Source of the DNA: Negaprion brevirostris
Lineage: Eukaryota
DNA length: 64,000 bases
Direction of reading: 5' to 3'
Assembly: GCA_030324005.1 (NCBI GenBank)
Contig: JARDVH010000132.1
Location: 76,386,490 to 76,450,489 of the forward strand
Shown piece by piece: positions 52,448 to 64,000 of the stretch (position 1 is the stretch's first letter; each line of letters starts with the position of its first letter). The position numbers and the translations under genes were made by a program. The notes under the pieces were generated by a model. It searched no databases. It was given only the letters and a program-made list of their open reading frames with translations, and was not told the origin of the DNA.

Positions 52448-55315
52448 TGGGGTTGATTCTCCCATCCCGCTGCGCTGACTGAGTAGCACTGCAGAGTTGG
52501 AGACATCAGCGGTGGCCGTTTTGCAGAATACCCACTGGACGTCCAGGCCTCCTTGCATCTCCCAGCCTAAGTTTTCAGCGTCAACGGATTCGCGCTGAAA
52601 ATCAGCAAGGCGGTGATTTGTATGTGTTAACACAACTTACCACACTATTAGCAGGTCCACGACTAAATTCCCTCTTCTTCCCACTATTGTTTCCCCCTTT
52701 CCAGCGTGACATCACGGTGGCGGGGTTTACAACTGTTCAATAAAAGCCGGGCTGCAGGCTTCGCCACCATTGCTGGGATGGCCCATGTTTAGGGGGCAGT
52801 GGATGGGACACACATGACCCTGCGGTCTCCACGAAGCGAGGGGTGACCTTTTATTAAGGGGAAGGGGTTCCACTCACTCAATGTTCAAATTGTTTGTGAC
52901 CATTGGATGAACATCATGCAGGTCCATGCATGCCACCCAAGGAGTGTCAATGACAGCTACATGCTGAGGTGGTCAGACATCCCTGAGCTCTTTCAAGACC
53001 AGCCTAGGCTGCTGGGATGGCTCGTGGGAGGTAAGGGCTACCTGTTGAGATCATGGCTGATGACGCCAGTATGGAGGCCTGAGACTGAGATGGAGACCCA
53101 TTATAATAAGGCCCATGCTGCCATCTGGTCTGTTGTTGAGCATTGCATAGGCTTGCTCAAGGTGCAGTTCCACTGCCTGGACCATTCTGGGAGTGCCCTG
53201 CAGTATGACCCTGTGTGAGCCTCACGCATCATTATAGTGTATTGCATCCTGCGCAACATTGAATAACAGTGGGGAGACCAGCTGGAGGAGGTGGAGGAGA
53301 AGGATAGACACCAGCCAGATGTGGAGGAGGTGCCATATGAGGAGCCAGAGGATGGAGGACAGGTGGCGATGGCAGAGTCTAGCAGGGCAGGGCTGCAAGG
53401 GAAGCCCTAATAGCAGTTGGTTTCACATAGTTGGTGCTGTGCATTGTGAGGCTGTTCCCAACACCCTTCCATCACACCCCAAGAGCCACTGTAGCCACAA
53501 CAGCCCCCCCAAATGCAAAGCTGCTGCCTCATCCCACGTGACTTTTCTCCTTTTCCACCCTCTCCCACTCCGAGTAACCCCCGACTCCGAGTAACATCAC
53601 AACAGGTGAATGGGCAGTGGGCTGGCCATGCTAGCGAGTCTTTGGTGAAGGCTGGAGGATGATGACGACTCGCTGTTGTGCACACTACCTCTGGTGTCAC
53701 TCAAGTCTGACTCCTACATGTTCTCCGAATGCACTCTGCCACCTGGGTCAACATAGCAGTAAGGATTAGGAACACAAGCGTGTGGGGCAATGGGTGCTTT
53801 CTTCAGAGGATTCTTCTGGGCCTACCACTGCAGTGTCATTTGAGATGCCCAGGGAAGCAAGTTCAGGAGCAGTGGGTGGGGGGGGTCTGCGACACCAGAA
53901 GGGCCTGGTGCATCAGGATCCAGCACTATAAGAAAGATTAGGGAAGGGAAGGAAAACAGTCTGTGCAACATGGCACTTGTTTCAAAGAAGACCTTAGTAA
54001 TAGGGTTCAGCTGATGCTCACTTGCATGCCGAACACTGACCTGGGGCTGTCAATGACTATTCTAGGCTCATTCCCCACCACCCCCCACCAGCTCCAGGGC
54101 ACACTGCTCACAGACCGTCAATAGCTCCAGCTCAGGAACGCTGCTACCAGTTTTCTTCCCTCTCATGGTGGTTATGGGTGTTTTTCTCCCATGGGGACAT
54201 AAGGGGATTGGAAACATGATGTATGGAAGATCATGGGATATAATATGTCGGTACTGGGACGCTCGTGTTGGCCATTTCAGGGAAATGGATCACCACTAGG
54301 GGGCACTGATTGGGAGAGTACCACAAGGGTTGGAGGCAGTACTGGGGGGGGGGGGGGGGGCGGGGGGGGGGGTGNNNNNNNNNNCCCCCCCCCCCCCCCC
54401 CCCCCCCCGGGGGGGGCTCTTGAGGTGTCTGGGGATGGTTTGACATTGTAAGCACAGCACATGTACAGATTTTTGAATAGGATGCACACTCACCCTTGCT
54501 GCCTGAAGATTGTCAATTCATCTTCTTCCAGTACTTTCATCAGACTGAGGGGCCAGAGTCCTGGCATTCACAGCAGATGCCACTGCCTCCCATAATGTGC
54601 TTGCTGTGTGACTCCTTGGGTGATGGCCCTAAGTGGGATACAGCAGCTGGCACCTCTCCTCCACTGCCTTCAGCAGGTGGGCCTGTTCATTCAGAAAATC
54701 TGGGTGTCATCTTCTTGGCGTGACAGCCTGGGTATCCATAATTGCAGCTTATATACAGCTCTGGCTTATTAAGTGAGTACAGATGTAGCCAGTTTGGGCC
54801 AGTCATGGGCCCGTTAGTTAAATTTCAGTGTGAATAATGTACAGACAACCTGGTTTCAGTAGAGGAGGGGGCCATCTCCAAAGGTGCTGATTGTATTAAC
54901 TCAACAAGGTACTGTGTCCAGGAAGGGAGTGGGTACAATGCTCAAGGCTCTCACTTACAAGGTACTGTGTCCAAGGGGGGATGCTCAAGGCTGTCTCTCA
55001 ACAAGGGGGAATGCTCACAGGCAGGGGATGTGTGCATGGCAGGGGAGGGAGGGGAGGAATGAGAAGCCAGCGATGTCAATGCTGGGAAGACTCATTTCAC
55101 GATCTCCCAGAGATTGGTGCATGCGCAGTGGTCTGCTCAGCATGCTGATTTCAGCCTCTTCAGTGGGAATAGGTCCCACCCTCTGATTTGTTGTCTGATT
55201 CACACTAGTGCCCTCTGCAGTGCAGAATTTGGGAGATCCATTTTGAAAATCCCACTGCAAAAAGAAGATTTACTCCAGTCTTTACGTGAATTCAACACTT
55301 AGAGGCGGTTCTCCT
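52448..55315 (+). mobile_element. PIF/Harbinger element with transposase pseudogene at about 52750-53400
   Basis: Left TIR ggggttgattctccc; GAVDGTH, KGFHSLNVQIVCD, WLVGGKGY, YNKAH...VVEHCIGLLK...CLD; frameshift and stop; right end resembles 18850-19020. Confidence 0.9.
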
Positions 55316-56122
55316 AAAATAATTCTATAATTTTTAAACTGCCCCTCCTGATTCCATTGCCTCACCTCATTTGGGAAACACATACATGAAGCTCAGTTGC
55401 GCCCCTTTCTGTATTTCCCTCTTCCAATTTTACATAATTCCTCTAATGTTGTTTCCCACCCTTCTGTCTGTTCATTTCTTTCTTCCTTCTGTTCCCTGCC
55501 ATTTAAAAAAAATCCTGTTCTATTAGCGTCATGATACATTAAGAATGTGCACCATATTCAGAATGCCAACTGCTCTAATAGACATCAATAGCACACAGAC
55601 TAAACATAAAACGTAAAATTCCATCAAGGCAAATATTAAATAATATGAATGATGACAGATATCTATCAGCCAATTATAGACTCAGAATGTGATCTCTGAG
55701 TTCAGAGAATGGTTCTAAACTGATCAACATTTATTCTCTTGGTTGTTGACAACATCTGAACTCTGATTAAATTACAGCAAGACAATAATTATTTCCTCTG
55801 CATATCAAATCACAAGTAGAATCTGTTTTATATCCTGCTGCACAGACATTGTCCATGGTGGTCTTTTTGAAGCATTTGTCAAACAAGGACAGAATGCTGG
55901 TCTTTGTTCTGGCCTAAATCCAAAATAAAGAGGTGCTAAGATTTTTGCGCTCAGTATCCTTTGGCCTATTGTATGATTAAGATGAAACAGTCTCAATTAA
56001 TTAAAAGAATTAATTATACAAAGAACTTTACATAAAAATAATAACCGGGAAAAGCTACCGTTAAGATCCAGCTAAATCTATGATTTTGATACCACAATAA
56101 TTCTTCCATAAAAGGTAATGTT

Positions 56123-56238
56123 GGGCAGGATTTTCCAGCTGTGTCACCCCAAAAGTGGAGTGTCCCACCCGAGGTCGCATGATCTGCCACTCTGCCCGTT
56201 ATGATTCGCATGGCACGCAGGATGGGAAAATTCCTCTC
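56123..56238 (-). mobile_element. short MITE
   Basis: Ends gggcaggattttcc / ggaaaattcc. Confidence 0.6.
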
Positions 56239-56239
56239 A

Positions 56240-56625
56240 ACATTTCCACATCCACCTTTTCAAGACATCTTAGGAATTTTATCCTTTCTATCAAATCACC
56301 TCTTACTCTTCTAAACTCTAGCAGCTAAAAAGCTAATCTGCACAACCTTTCCTCGCAAGACAATCCTCCTATTCCAAGTATTAGTTGAGTAAACTTTTTC
56401 TGAACTGTTTTGAGTACATTTACATCTTACCTTAAATAAGGAGACCAATACCGTACATGGCACTCCAGATGTGGTCTCGCCAATGCTGTGTGTAACTGAA
56501 GCATAGCCTCTCAACTTTTGTCATCAATTTCCCTCTCAATAAACAATGACATTCTATTAATTTTCCAAATTACTTGCTGTACCGGTATGTTCATGCCCAT
56601 AGTCAGCTCCTCTACATCTCAGAGC
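56240..56625 (-). mobile_element. CR1 RT C-terminal fragment
   Basis: Reverse strand encodes ..RPHLEC..YWSPYLR.. and resembles the 33.2-33.5 kb segment. Confidence 0.8.
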
Positions 56626-56969
56626 TCTGACATGCTTCTTTTTTCATACATTCTGCCAGAATGGACCATGACAAATTGCTGGAAATGAAGAGGAGGCAAA
56701 TATTTATATTTTGAATTGCGAGCACAGTCAAGGGATAGAGGCAGACAATTCAGGACTGAGGGGAAATGTCTCCATCAAAGGATTATGAATCTTTGAAATA
56801 TTCAATTCCAGAAGGCTTATTGCATATATTTATGGCTGAGATAGACAGACTTTTCATTTTTTGGCGTGTCTTCCAAATGTGGTCCTTGCAACTCCACTGA
56901 ATACCTGTGCTAATCATTGTTAGCTGAATATGCATTCAGCTAAACAAAGGACTCTCCTCATCCTCACTA

Positions 56970-57625
56970 CTAAGGAAGAAGGTGGAAGAGAGTATGTCTG
57001 GGGTGTGTGGGGTCCTTGATTATGCTGGCTGCTTCTCCAAGGCAGTGGGAAGTGTAGACAGGGTCAATGGATGGGACCTTTTGTAGTTTTTTGCAGTCTT
57101 GGTTAGAGCAAAAGCTATACAAAGCTGCGATAAATCCAGAAAAGATACTTTCAGTGACACATCTGTAAAAGTTGGTGGGCGTCATAACGTACATGCCGAA
57201 TTTCCTTTGTCTCCTGAGAAAGTAGAGGTATTGCTGGGCTTTCTCAACTGTAGCATCAGCATAGAGGGACGAGGGCTGGTTGTTGGTGATCTGGACACTT
57301 AAAAACTTGAAAATGAAGCTTGAAGTTCTGGACCATTTCCACTTCATCCCTGTTGATGTGGGCAGACACAGTAAAAAGTCTGACAACACCAGGTTTTAGT
57401 CCAACCAAATTATTTGCCACATCATGATGTGGGCAGGGGCAGGTCCTCCACTATGCTTCCTGAAGTCAATGACTATCTCCTTCGTTTTACTAACATTGAA
57501 GGAGAGATTACTGTCATCACACCAATTCTCTGTCTCTTTCTTGTACTCCATCTCATCTCTGTTTGAGATCCAACCCGCACTGGTGGAAAACTGGAAAATC
57601 GAGTTGGAGAAGTAATTGCTGTAAT
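56970..57625 (-). mobile_element. Rex1/Babar-type LINE fragment
   Basis: WCDDSNLSFNVSKTKEIVIDFRK and KAQQYLYFLRRQRKFGM...FYRCVTESIFSG. Confidence 0.9.
57366..57424. mobile_element. 59-bp Penelope-derived insertion with a 12-bp TSD
   Basis: acacagtaaaaagtctgacaacaccagg...ccacatca lies between two exact tgatgtgggcag copies (57354-57365 and 57425-57436). Confidence 0.85.
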
Positions 57626-59424
57626 CTGTCAAACCATAGTGATTCTGGATTAAGAGCTTAGTGATTGCCCATAAAAATGGTGCCCTGGAAAATCTAAACT
57701 CATCTCCTAAAATCCAGAAGGGTTTCATATTCTCATTCACATTATGGAAAGAATCTGGCCAAGCTCCTACAATGCTCTTTCAGAGCACTTGAAAGGTAGG
57801 AGCTTGCAATTCATTTCTTTCCAGTTATCTCAAATGTACCAAAATAACATGTAGAATGTCTTCCAGCTCAACACCAATCAGCCCAATTTATAGATCAACC
57901 GAAACATCCTCAGTCTTTGTCAAGTTGGGTAGTCTGCCAAGTGTGTCAAATGTAATGAAGAGTTTGTCAGGTATCCCACATCACAGCTGTATCCCTGTAC
58001 CTTGACAAGTAATCATTGTAGTCACATTGGTGCACTCATTAGTGGCTTCTTACAGATAATCTCAAACTGTTTGTGATCTGTTTTCACCACAAAACTCTTA
58101 CTGAAAAGGTAGGTATGAAAACACATGATGTCAAAGACTAGAGTTAATGTTTGTCTTTTCATGTCTGAATAACTGGCTTCAGATGATGGTCATGTCTTGG
58201 AACTGAACTCTACTGTATGCCATTTCAACAACAGACATGTTCTGAGATTCTTCTGAGAAGCATTAACATGTAGAGTTGTAACTTCAACTGGATCATAACT
58301 CTGAAACACTGACAATGGCCTCAAGTACGAATTGATGATCATCCTGCCAAAAGGAAGGAATATCTTTCTTAATCAAATCTCTATGTATTTAAGCATTTTG
58401 AGCAAAACTTTGGATAAACTAAAACAAAAAGACCTAAACATTTTGAGGCACAGGTACAACAGTTTTCCATTTTACTGGGATCAGTTGAATACCTTAACTG
58501 GAATAAACTGACCCAAAAAACTTGATCCAGTATACATTGATCTTGCAATCACTGAATCCAAGGCCTTCTCTCCTTTCCACTAGCATGAGAGAATGTAAGT
58601 TAGGTCACATTCTTGTTTGGTCTTGCCCAAAACTGTTATGTCATCCATGGCGCAAATGCTTCCAAGAACCTGACTGTTTATGTATTTCACATGTTATTGA
58701 AAAAGATCTTGGCTAATGGACAGATTAAAAGGAAGCAGCTGAAAGCAGTATCAACCAAACAGAATGTGAGAGATGTGGTTAATTCCTGCAAGTGTTTTGC
58801 CAGGAACACTGACAGTAACCATATTTCGCATCAAGCTTGGGAAAGTACTGCGCTCCAGCAAACTTGGAGTTAAGTACAGTCAATGTGGCAATCTTATGTG
58901 GGCAATGTTTTGAGTGCTTCATTTAGTCCAAAGGATCTAAACAAACACGTTTAGTTCCATGTTTTTTGAGGACACAGGTCATTAAACAATACTGATCAAT
59001 GTGATCCCACATCTTCATGGTGACTCTATCTGTTTCCATCTTATCAAGCTCAATTTGAATATGTACATTGCATTTATGAGGCAGATTGATGATGTTGCAT
59101 CATCGCACAGATGCAAAGTAGTATTTCCTTTGTAGTTACCAATCTGATCAAAACAGTCAGGGCATAATGAAGTCAGATCATCAATAGAGCTAATTGCTCT
59201 GTCTCGCACTTATAGAAGACTTGGGATGTCCATTCTACATCTGCAGCCAATCATGATGGAACACAAACATGTAATCGCTGAACCACTGTAAGTCATAAAT
59301 TGGGTGCTCGTGGGAGCTAATATGGATTACCAGGATACAATTCTTAAAAATAGATAAAAAGAGAACATTTGCATTCACCCCTGTACCCACTTTTGTCCAA
59401 AGGACATTTGCCTATCTTCTTTGT

Positions 59425-60720
59425 ATCAAGAACAAAGAAATCTACAGCACAGGAACAGGGCCTTTGGCCCTCCAAGCCTGTGCCAATCGTGATGCCATAA
59501 CTGAAAAAAAATCTTCCCTCCTTACTTGGTCCATATCCCTCGAATTCCTCCTTATTCATGTACCCATCCAAATGCCTCTTAAATGTTGCTAATATCCCTG
59601 CTTCCTCAGGGACCTGGGTTCAATTCCAGCCTTGGGTAACTGTCCCTATGGAGTATGCACATCCTCCACGTGTTTGCGAGGGTTTCCTTCGGATGCTCAG
59701 GTTTCCTCCCACAGTCCAAAGATATGCAGGTTAGGTGCATTGGGCAAGTTAAATTGACCCTTAGTACCCTTAAGGGCATTAGCAGGGTAAATACATGGGG
59801 TTGTGGGGATGGGGCCTGGGTGGGATTGCTGTTTGGTGCAGGGTCAATGGGCTGAATGGCTGCCTTCTGCACTGTAGGGATTGTATGATTCTATGACATG
59901 ATCTGGCAGCGCATTCCAGGCACCCACCACTCTCTGCATGAAAAACTTCCCCTGCACATCTCCCTTAAACTTTCCCCCTCTTACCTTGAATGTGTACCCC
60001 CTTGTAATTGACACTTTCACCTTTGAAAAAAGCCTCTGACTATCCACCCTGTCTATGCCTCTCATTTATTTTGTAGACACTTATCAGGTCTCCCCTCAGC
60101 CTCCATCTTCCCAGTGAAAACAATCCTCTCCTCTCCTCATAGTCAACACCCTTCAGACCAGGCAACATCCTGGTGAACCTTCTTTGCACTCTCGCCAAAG
60201 CTTCCATGTCCTTCTGATGATGTGGTGACCAGAACTGTATACAATACTCCAAATGCAGCCTAACCAAGGTTTTATGTAGCTGCAACATGATTTCCCAACT
60301 CCTGTACTCAATGCCCCAGCTGATGAAGACAAACATGCCATATGCCTTCTTATCACCTTGGCCACTGGTGTTGCCGCTTTTAGGGAACTGTATGCCTAGA
60401 TTCCTCGGTACGTTAATGTTCCTAAGGGTTCTGATATTTACAGTATAATTCATACCTAAATTTGATCCTCCGAAATGCATCAGCTCACATTTGTCCAGAT
60501 TAAACTCCATCTGCACTTCTGTATCCAAGTCTCCAATCTCTTTATATCCTGTTCTATCCTCTGACAACCTTCGGCACTATCAGCAAATCTGTGAATCTTT
60601 GTGTCACCCACAAACTTATGAATCAGACCACTCACATTTTCCTCGAGGTCATTTAAATACGTTACAAACAACGGAGGTCCCGGCATTGATCCCTGCAGAA
60701 TACCAGCAGTTACAGATCTC
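59425..60720 (-). mobile_element. 5'-truncated CR1/HER1 LINE inserted in the Gypsy
   Basis: GPPLFVTYLNDL, KFVGDTK, LHKTLVRLHLEYCIQFWSP, VQRRFTRMLPGL; tail ttctttgttcttg. Confidence 0.95.
59606..59897 (+). mobile_element. HE1 V-SINE inserted in the CR1
   Basis: Runs from cagggacctgggttcaattcc to ctgtagggattgtatgattctatg. Confidence 0.9.
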
Positions 60721-61867
60721 TATTCTGAAAAGGCATCTTGAAAAGGTATCAAGGCAAGTGCTTCCAGTGGAGTGACAGAAACAATAGACATTTATTGGGT
60801 GAAATGTTTGTTCCATTAGCTCAATATCATAGTTATGTCCACTTGGATATGCAACATGGCAACTTGCTTATTAGGGTGTGGAGCCTCCCTGTGGTTGGCT
60901 TGACTTTTGTCACAATACTCAGTCATGGCGTCAGATTTGATTTCTAGCACTGGAAGCTTTGTGCATATCTTGAATGTCGGACAACTCTTTGGCACATGCA
61001 AGAGTCTGCTTTCCTGAATTTGGAACCTTTGGTGAATGCACCATTCTGGATTGTAAAATTCTTTGTGCTACAATCAAAGCTTCAGACTTGCATCTAAGGC
61101 ATTTAAGGTGTAACTTTTAGGCTTCTCCAAGAAATCCTTTTGGAATGCCTCAATCAGTGTGGAAATGGTGACTAGCTCAATGAGATGTTCCATGAGTTCT
61201 CCTTCCGAGAAATCATGTCCCGTGTCTGAACATCTACTGACAAAGTGGTCAATAGGTTCATGTGGTTGCTGATGGAAAGGCAGAAATTCAAGGAAATTCA
61301 GTTTGACTCACAACTGATCTTCCAGTATGGGCAAAATATTGCTGGGATCTTTCTGTGCTCCTTCTGTGAGACCAGGAATATTAAGCTGACACAGGCCTTT
61401 GGTGCAAATTTTAACAGCTTGTTTGTCGGGCTTAGAAACCGCTAAGTCGAGGAAACATAACTCGACTCGCTGTCTGAAGAGTTGGAATTCTGATAAAAGA
61501 TCAGCTGCTTTTCAATCCACGGATGGAAACTTGGCAGTCATCCAAACAATGCCTTAGCCCCTATAAACTCTCCTTGAAGCTTAAAAATAAAATTCCCTTG
61601 CTGTACAGGGAAATGTAAAAGAAATACCACGACAACAACTGCTTGCAGATCCATCAGTAACAGCAGTATTGGGGTTGTACTAATACTCACTCTTCTGATT
61701 TTGTTGCAGATGAAAAGCCTTCACACTCTCTTAATGAATTATTCTTAAAGCTTGTGTTTCTGGCATAAACTATCCTGAGAAGGAAGTAGACAGTGCTAGA
61801 CTAGCCCTCAAATTTTATGCCAGTACATGGGACCTGATATCTACCGAATCTGAAACANNNNNNNNNN

Positions 61868-62650
61868 GCTCCAAAACCAGGTGGCTTCATTGCAATAATG
61901 CATGTTGAAGTCAGGGCTGGAAAATCTCATCCTTTGCCTTTGTTTCAGTAAGCAAAAGACGGGGGAGCCACCATCCAGGTCCCGACGAAACCAAATCTGT
62001 GCCTCAGGATCAACAAGGTGTAGGTCTCTCAGGCTGTCTTTCTTCGAATTTGTGTGCCTTTTGTAGGGCTGGTCCTCAATGGTCTGACTGAGACAGGGCT
62101 TCAGGCTGATCACCTCCTGCTCTACCCTCTCAATCCTGTACTTGTTCCTCTTCATCAAGCCCTTTGAATACACTTGACAGAAGAAACAGATGTGAGCCTT
62201 GCTGCTATCCCATCATAACCTCAATGTAGGGAAGCCTCCTTGTTCTTTCTCCAAGTGTCCCAGAATCAACAGAATGCATCTGGAATCATTATCCTCCAGC
62301 AACATGTAGTTAAAGTGCCAGAACACTGACCTCATCCGTGTGCTGAATGGAACTAGCTCCGACCACACTAGGTGGTGGCCCAAGTACCTCACCGGCTGCA
62401 TGGAAGCTATCAGAATAAAGGAGACATAATGAAATGTAAAGACAGTTGACTCTGGATACTTCTCCTCCAGGCCTCACAAAAGTGAAGATACTGGAAGCAG
62501 GATGGAGATTAAACCAGGCGTCCACCAGGTAATAGATCTGACCACGTCTCTCCATTTCTCGACTGATGCTGAAAGGCGCAGATCAATGGAGTCAAGATGA
62601 GCAGCCACTTTATCAAATAAATGTGCCTCTTGCCCAGGATCCTGTGCCAC
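61868..62650 (-). mobile_element. Tx1/L1-clade LINE endonuclease-linker fragment
   Basis: LVDAWFNLHP...FTFVRPG.EVSRVNCLYIS, FWHFNYMLLED, RDLDGGSPVF. Confidence 0.8.
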
Positions 62651-63349
62651 CATCTGAAATAGAATCAGATCCTAATTTTGGCCCCAGCGGTAGGGTTTTA
62701 CAGTCACCTGAAAAATTCAGAACAACAGAGTCAACTTAAATCTTACCTGCACACCCAGCTGAAACGGTATAGGTGGTCAGTTAAAAATGATTTGGGAACT
62801 TAACTGACGATGTTGTGTGTCCTTCCCACAATCTAATTTTAACCAATCTTTTGGGCAAGTGACAAGGATGTCCATCTGAAACCGATGGGATGCAGACTTA
62901 AACTTGCAGATTAAATTCTGCTGACACTGATGATGCCAGATTACTATTTCATCCAGTGGCCAATATGAGGAACATATAGTGGTTAGAGAGGTCTGGGGTC
63001 AGAAAGGCCCAACAAGGGAAGTATTTTTTACATTCCTTGTGGGAGCAGAAGAAGCAGGATGGCTCTTCCCAACTCCACAACAAAGATTTAGGGTTTCCTT
63101 GCCCTGGGTCCTTTCATTTTCCTATCTTGAGGTCTCCTTGAAATTTTTGCAAAATGCAGACTTATCGAGGCTAAATGGCCTGTTATAATTGTTTCTGGTC
63201 AGAGTTAATATGCTTCAATTCCCGAAGCAACTGAACATTTTGGCACATAAACTTTATGGATTCAGACTGCAGTCATAAACTTTTATCAATCATGCTAACA
63301 CAAAAGGATTGCAGTTTTCTCTTGCTGCTGCTCATAATGAAATAGTAAA

Positions 63350-64000
63350 TCATAGAAACATACAAATTTATAAAGCAAACAGTGGTTATTCAGCCCCTCA
63401 TGCCTGTGATGGTTGAGGAACAGCAATTCAGCCTAGTTGCAGTTTTCCATTCTTAGCCTTTGGCCTTGTAGGTTACAACGCTTGAAGTACATTTTAATTT
63501 TTTTTTTAACACAATGAAGGTGTCTGCCTTTACCACCCTTTCAGGCAGTGAGTTCCAGATACCCGGCAATCTCTGAGTGAAAAACAGTCCTCTCAACTTC
63601 TACCAATTACTTTAAATCTCTACCCACTAATTATTGACCTCTCGGCGGAGAAAGATAGGTCCATCCTATCTACTTCATCACTTATGTCATGTGTGCCCTT
63701 TCTGAAGGCAGGTCCTTGGCTCATTAACTGCCGATACTTGACCCTGAGGCCTTTTTACTTGGCAGTTTTTATCAGTGGAGGGGGGTTGCCATTGCATTCC
63801 GCTCTCAGGGGTTGGGAGGAGGCAGAATTCTGCCTCAACTGGAACAGAGATATAACCCATGCTGTTGACATTAATCATGCTGGACATCTAGCTAACTGAG
63901 CTCGCTAGCTCCCAACACCCCCTCTGTCCAGGCCCCTAATAATTTTATACACCTTGATGAAATTTCCCCTCAGCCTCTATTCCAAAGAAAACAATCCCAA
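63350..64000 (-). mobile_element. CR1 3' end interrupted by a SINE
   Basis: aatcatagaaacatac tail; ccctttcaggcagtgagttccaga; resumes caggcccctaataattttatacacc. Confidence 0.8.
63685..63913 (-). mobile_element. tRNA-derived SINE, third family, with an RTE-like segment
   Basis: Minus strand gggagctagcgagctcagttagc (A box-like), then aatggcaaccccctccac...tgccaag. Confidence 0.55.

Larger units (their letters stand above)
57640..61830 (-). mobile_element. degraded Gypsy/Ty3 LTR retrotransposon (gag, PR, RT, RNase H), split by a CR1
   Basis: gag MTAKFPSVD*KAADLLSEFQLFRQRVELCF at about 61.5 kb; protease KVGTGVNANVL at about 59.38 kb; RT RVCLDP, KLDAKYGY and ICAMDDITV at 58.6-59.0 kb; RNase H VNASQK and FVVKTDHKQFE at 58.0-58.3 kb. 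Confidence 0.9.

Noticed and set aside
54343-54417. Poly-G / N / poly-C palindrome giving poly-Gly and poly-Pro ORFs
   Set aside because: Homopolymers around a gap inside a transposon; sequence unreliable.
55695-55766. gagttcaga...tctgaactc short stem, possible C/D snoRNA
   Set aside because: No C box (RTGATGA) at the expected position.
61690-61773. 84-nt minus-strand exon candidate with strong splice sites
   Set aside because: Coincides with the presumed Gypsy LTR end and leader, so it is better explained as element sequence.
1-64000. tRNA genes, CRISPR arrays, prokaryotic operons or endogenous DNA virus genes
   Set aside because: The tRNA-like A/B boxes all belong to SINE heads, and I saw no regularly spaced repeat-spacer array or long intact ORFs.

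Overview
Eukaryotic, repeat-dense, essentially non-coding DNA from a gapped scaffold with many N runs, several exactly 10 or about 100 bp. The repeat complement points to a shark or other elasmobranch: HE1-type V-SINEs, CR1/HER1-like LINEs, Penelope-like ends and PIF/Harbinger remnants. Much of the readable sequence is decayed mobile DNA. It includes a nearly full-length CR1 LINE (30.3-34.0 kb), a degraded Gypsy element (57.6-61.8 kb), and L2, Rex1/Babar, RTE, Tx1/L1 and Penelope fragments. It also holds three tRNA-derived SINE families and several Harbinger transposase or Myb-SANT remnants with their MITEs, often nested. I could not identify any intact ORF or recognisable host gene, only small unverified exon candidates. 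The most unusual items are a ~150-bp-arm inverted repeat enclosing a candidate microexon (42.4-43.1 kb), Penelope-derived mini-elements with 12-bp target duplications and microhomology to their own end, an intron-containing Harbinger Myb/SANT relic, and SINE tail swaps. I cannot claim a new biological system from this sequence. Family names come from motif recognition rather than database searches, and boundaries are approximate unless a TSD is quoted.
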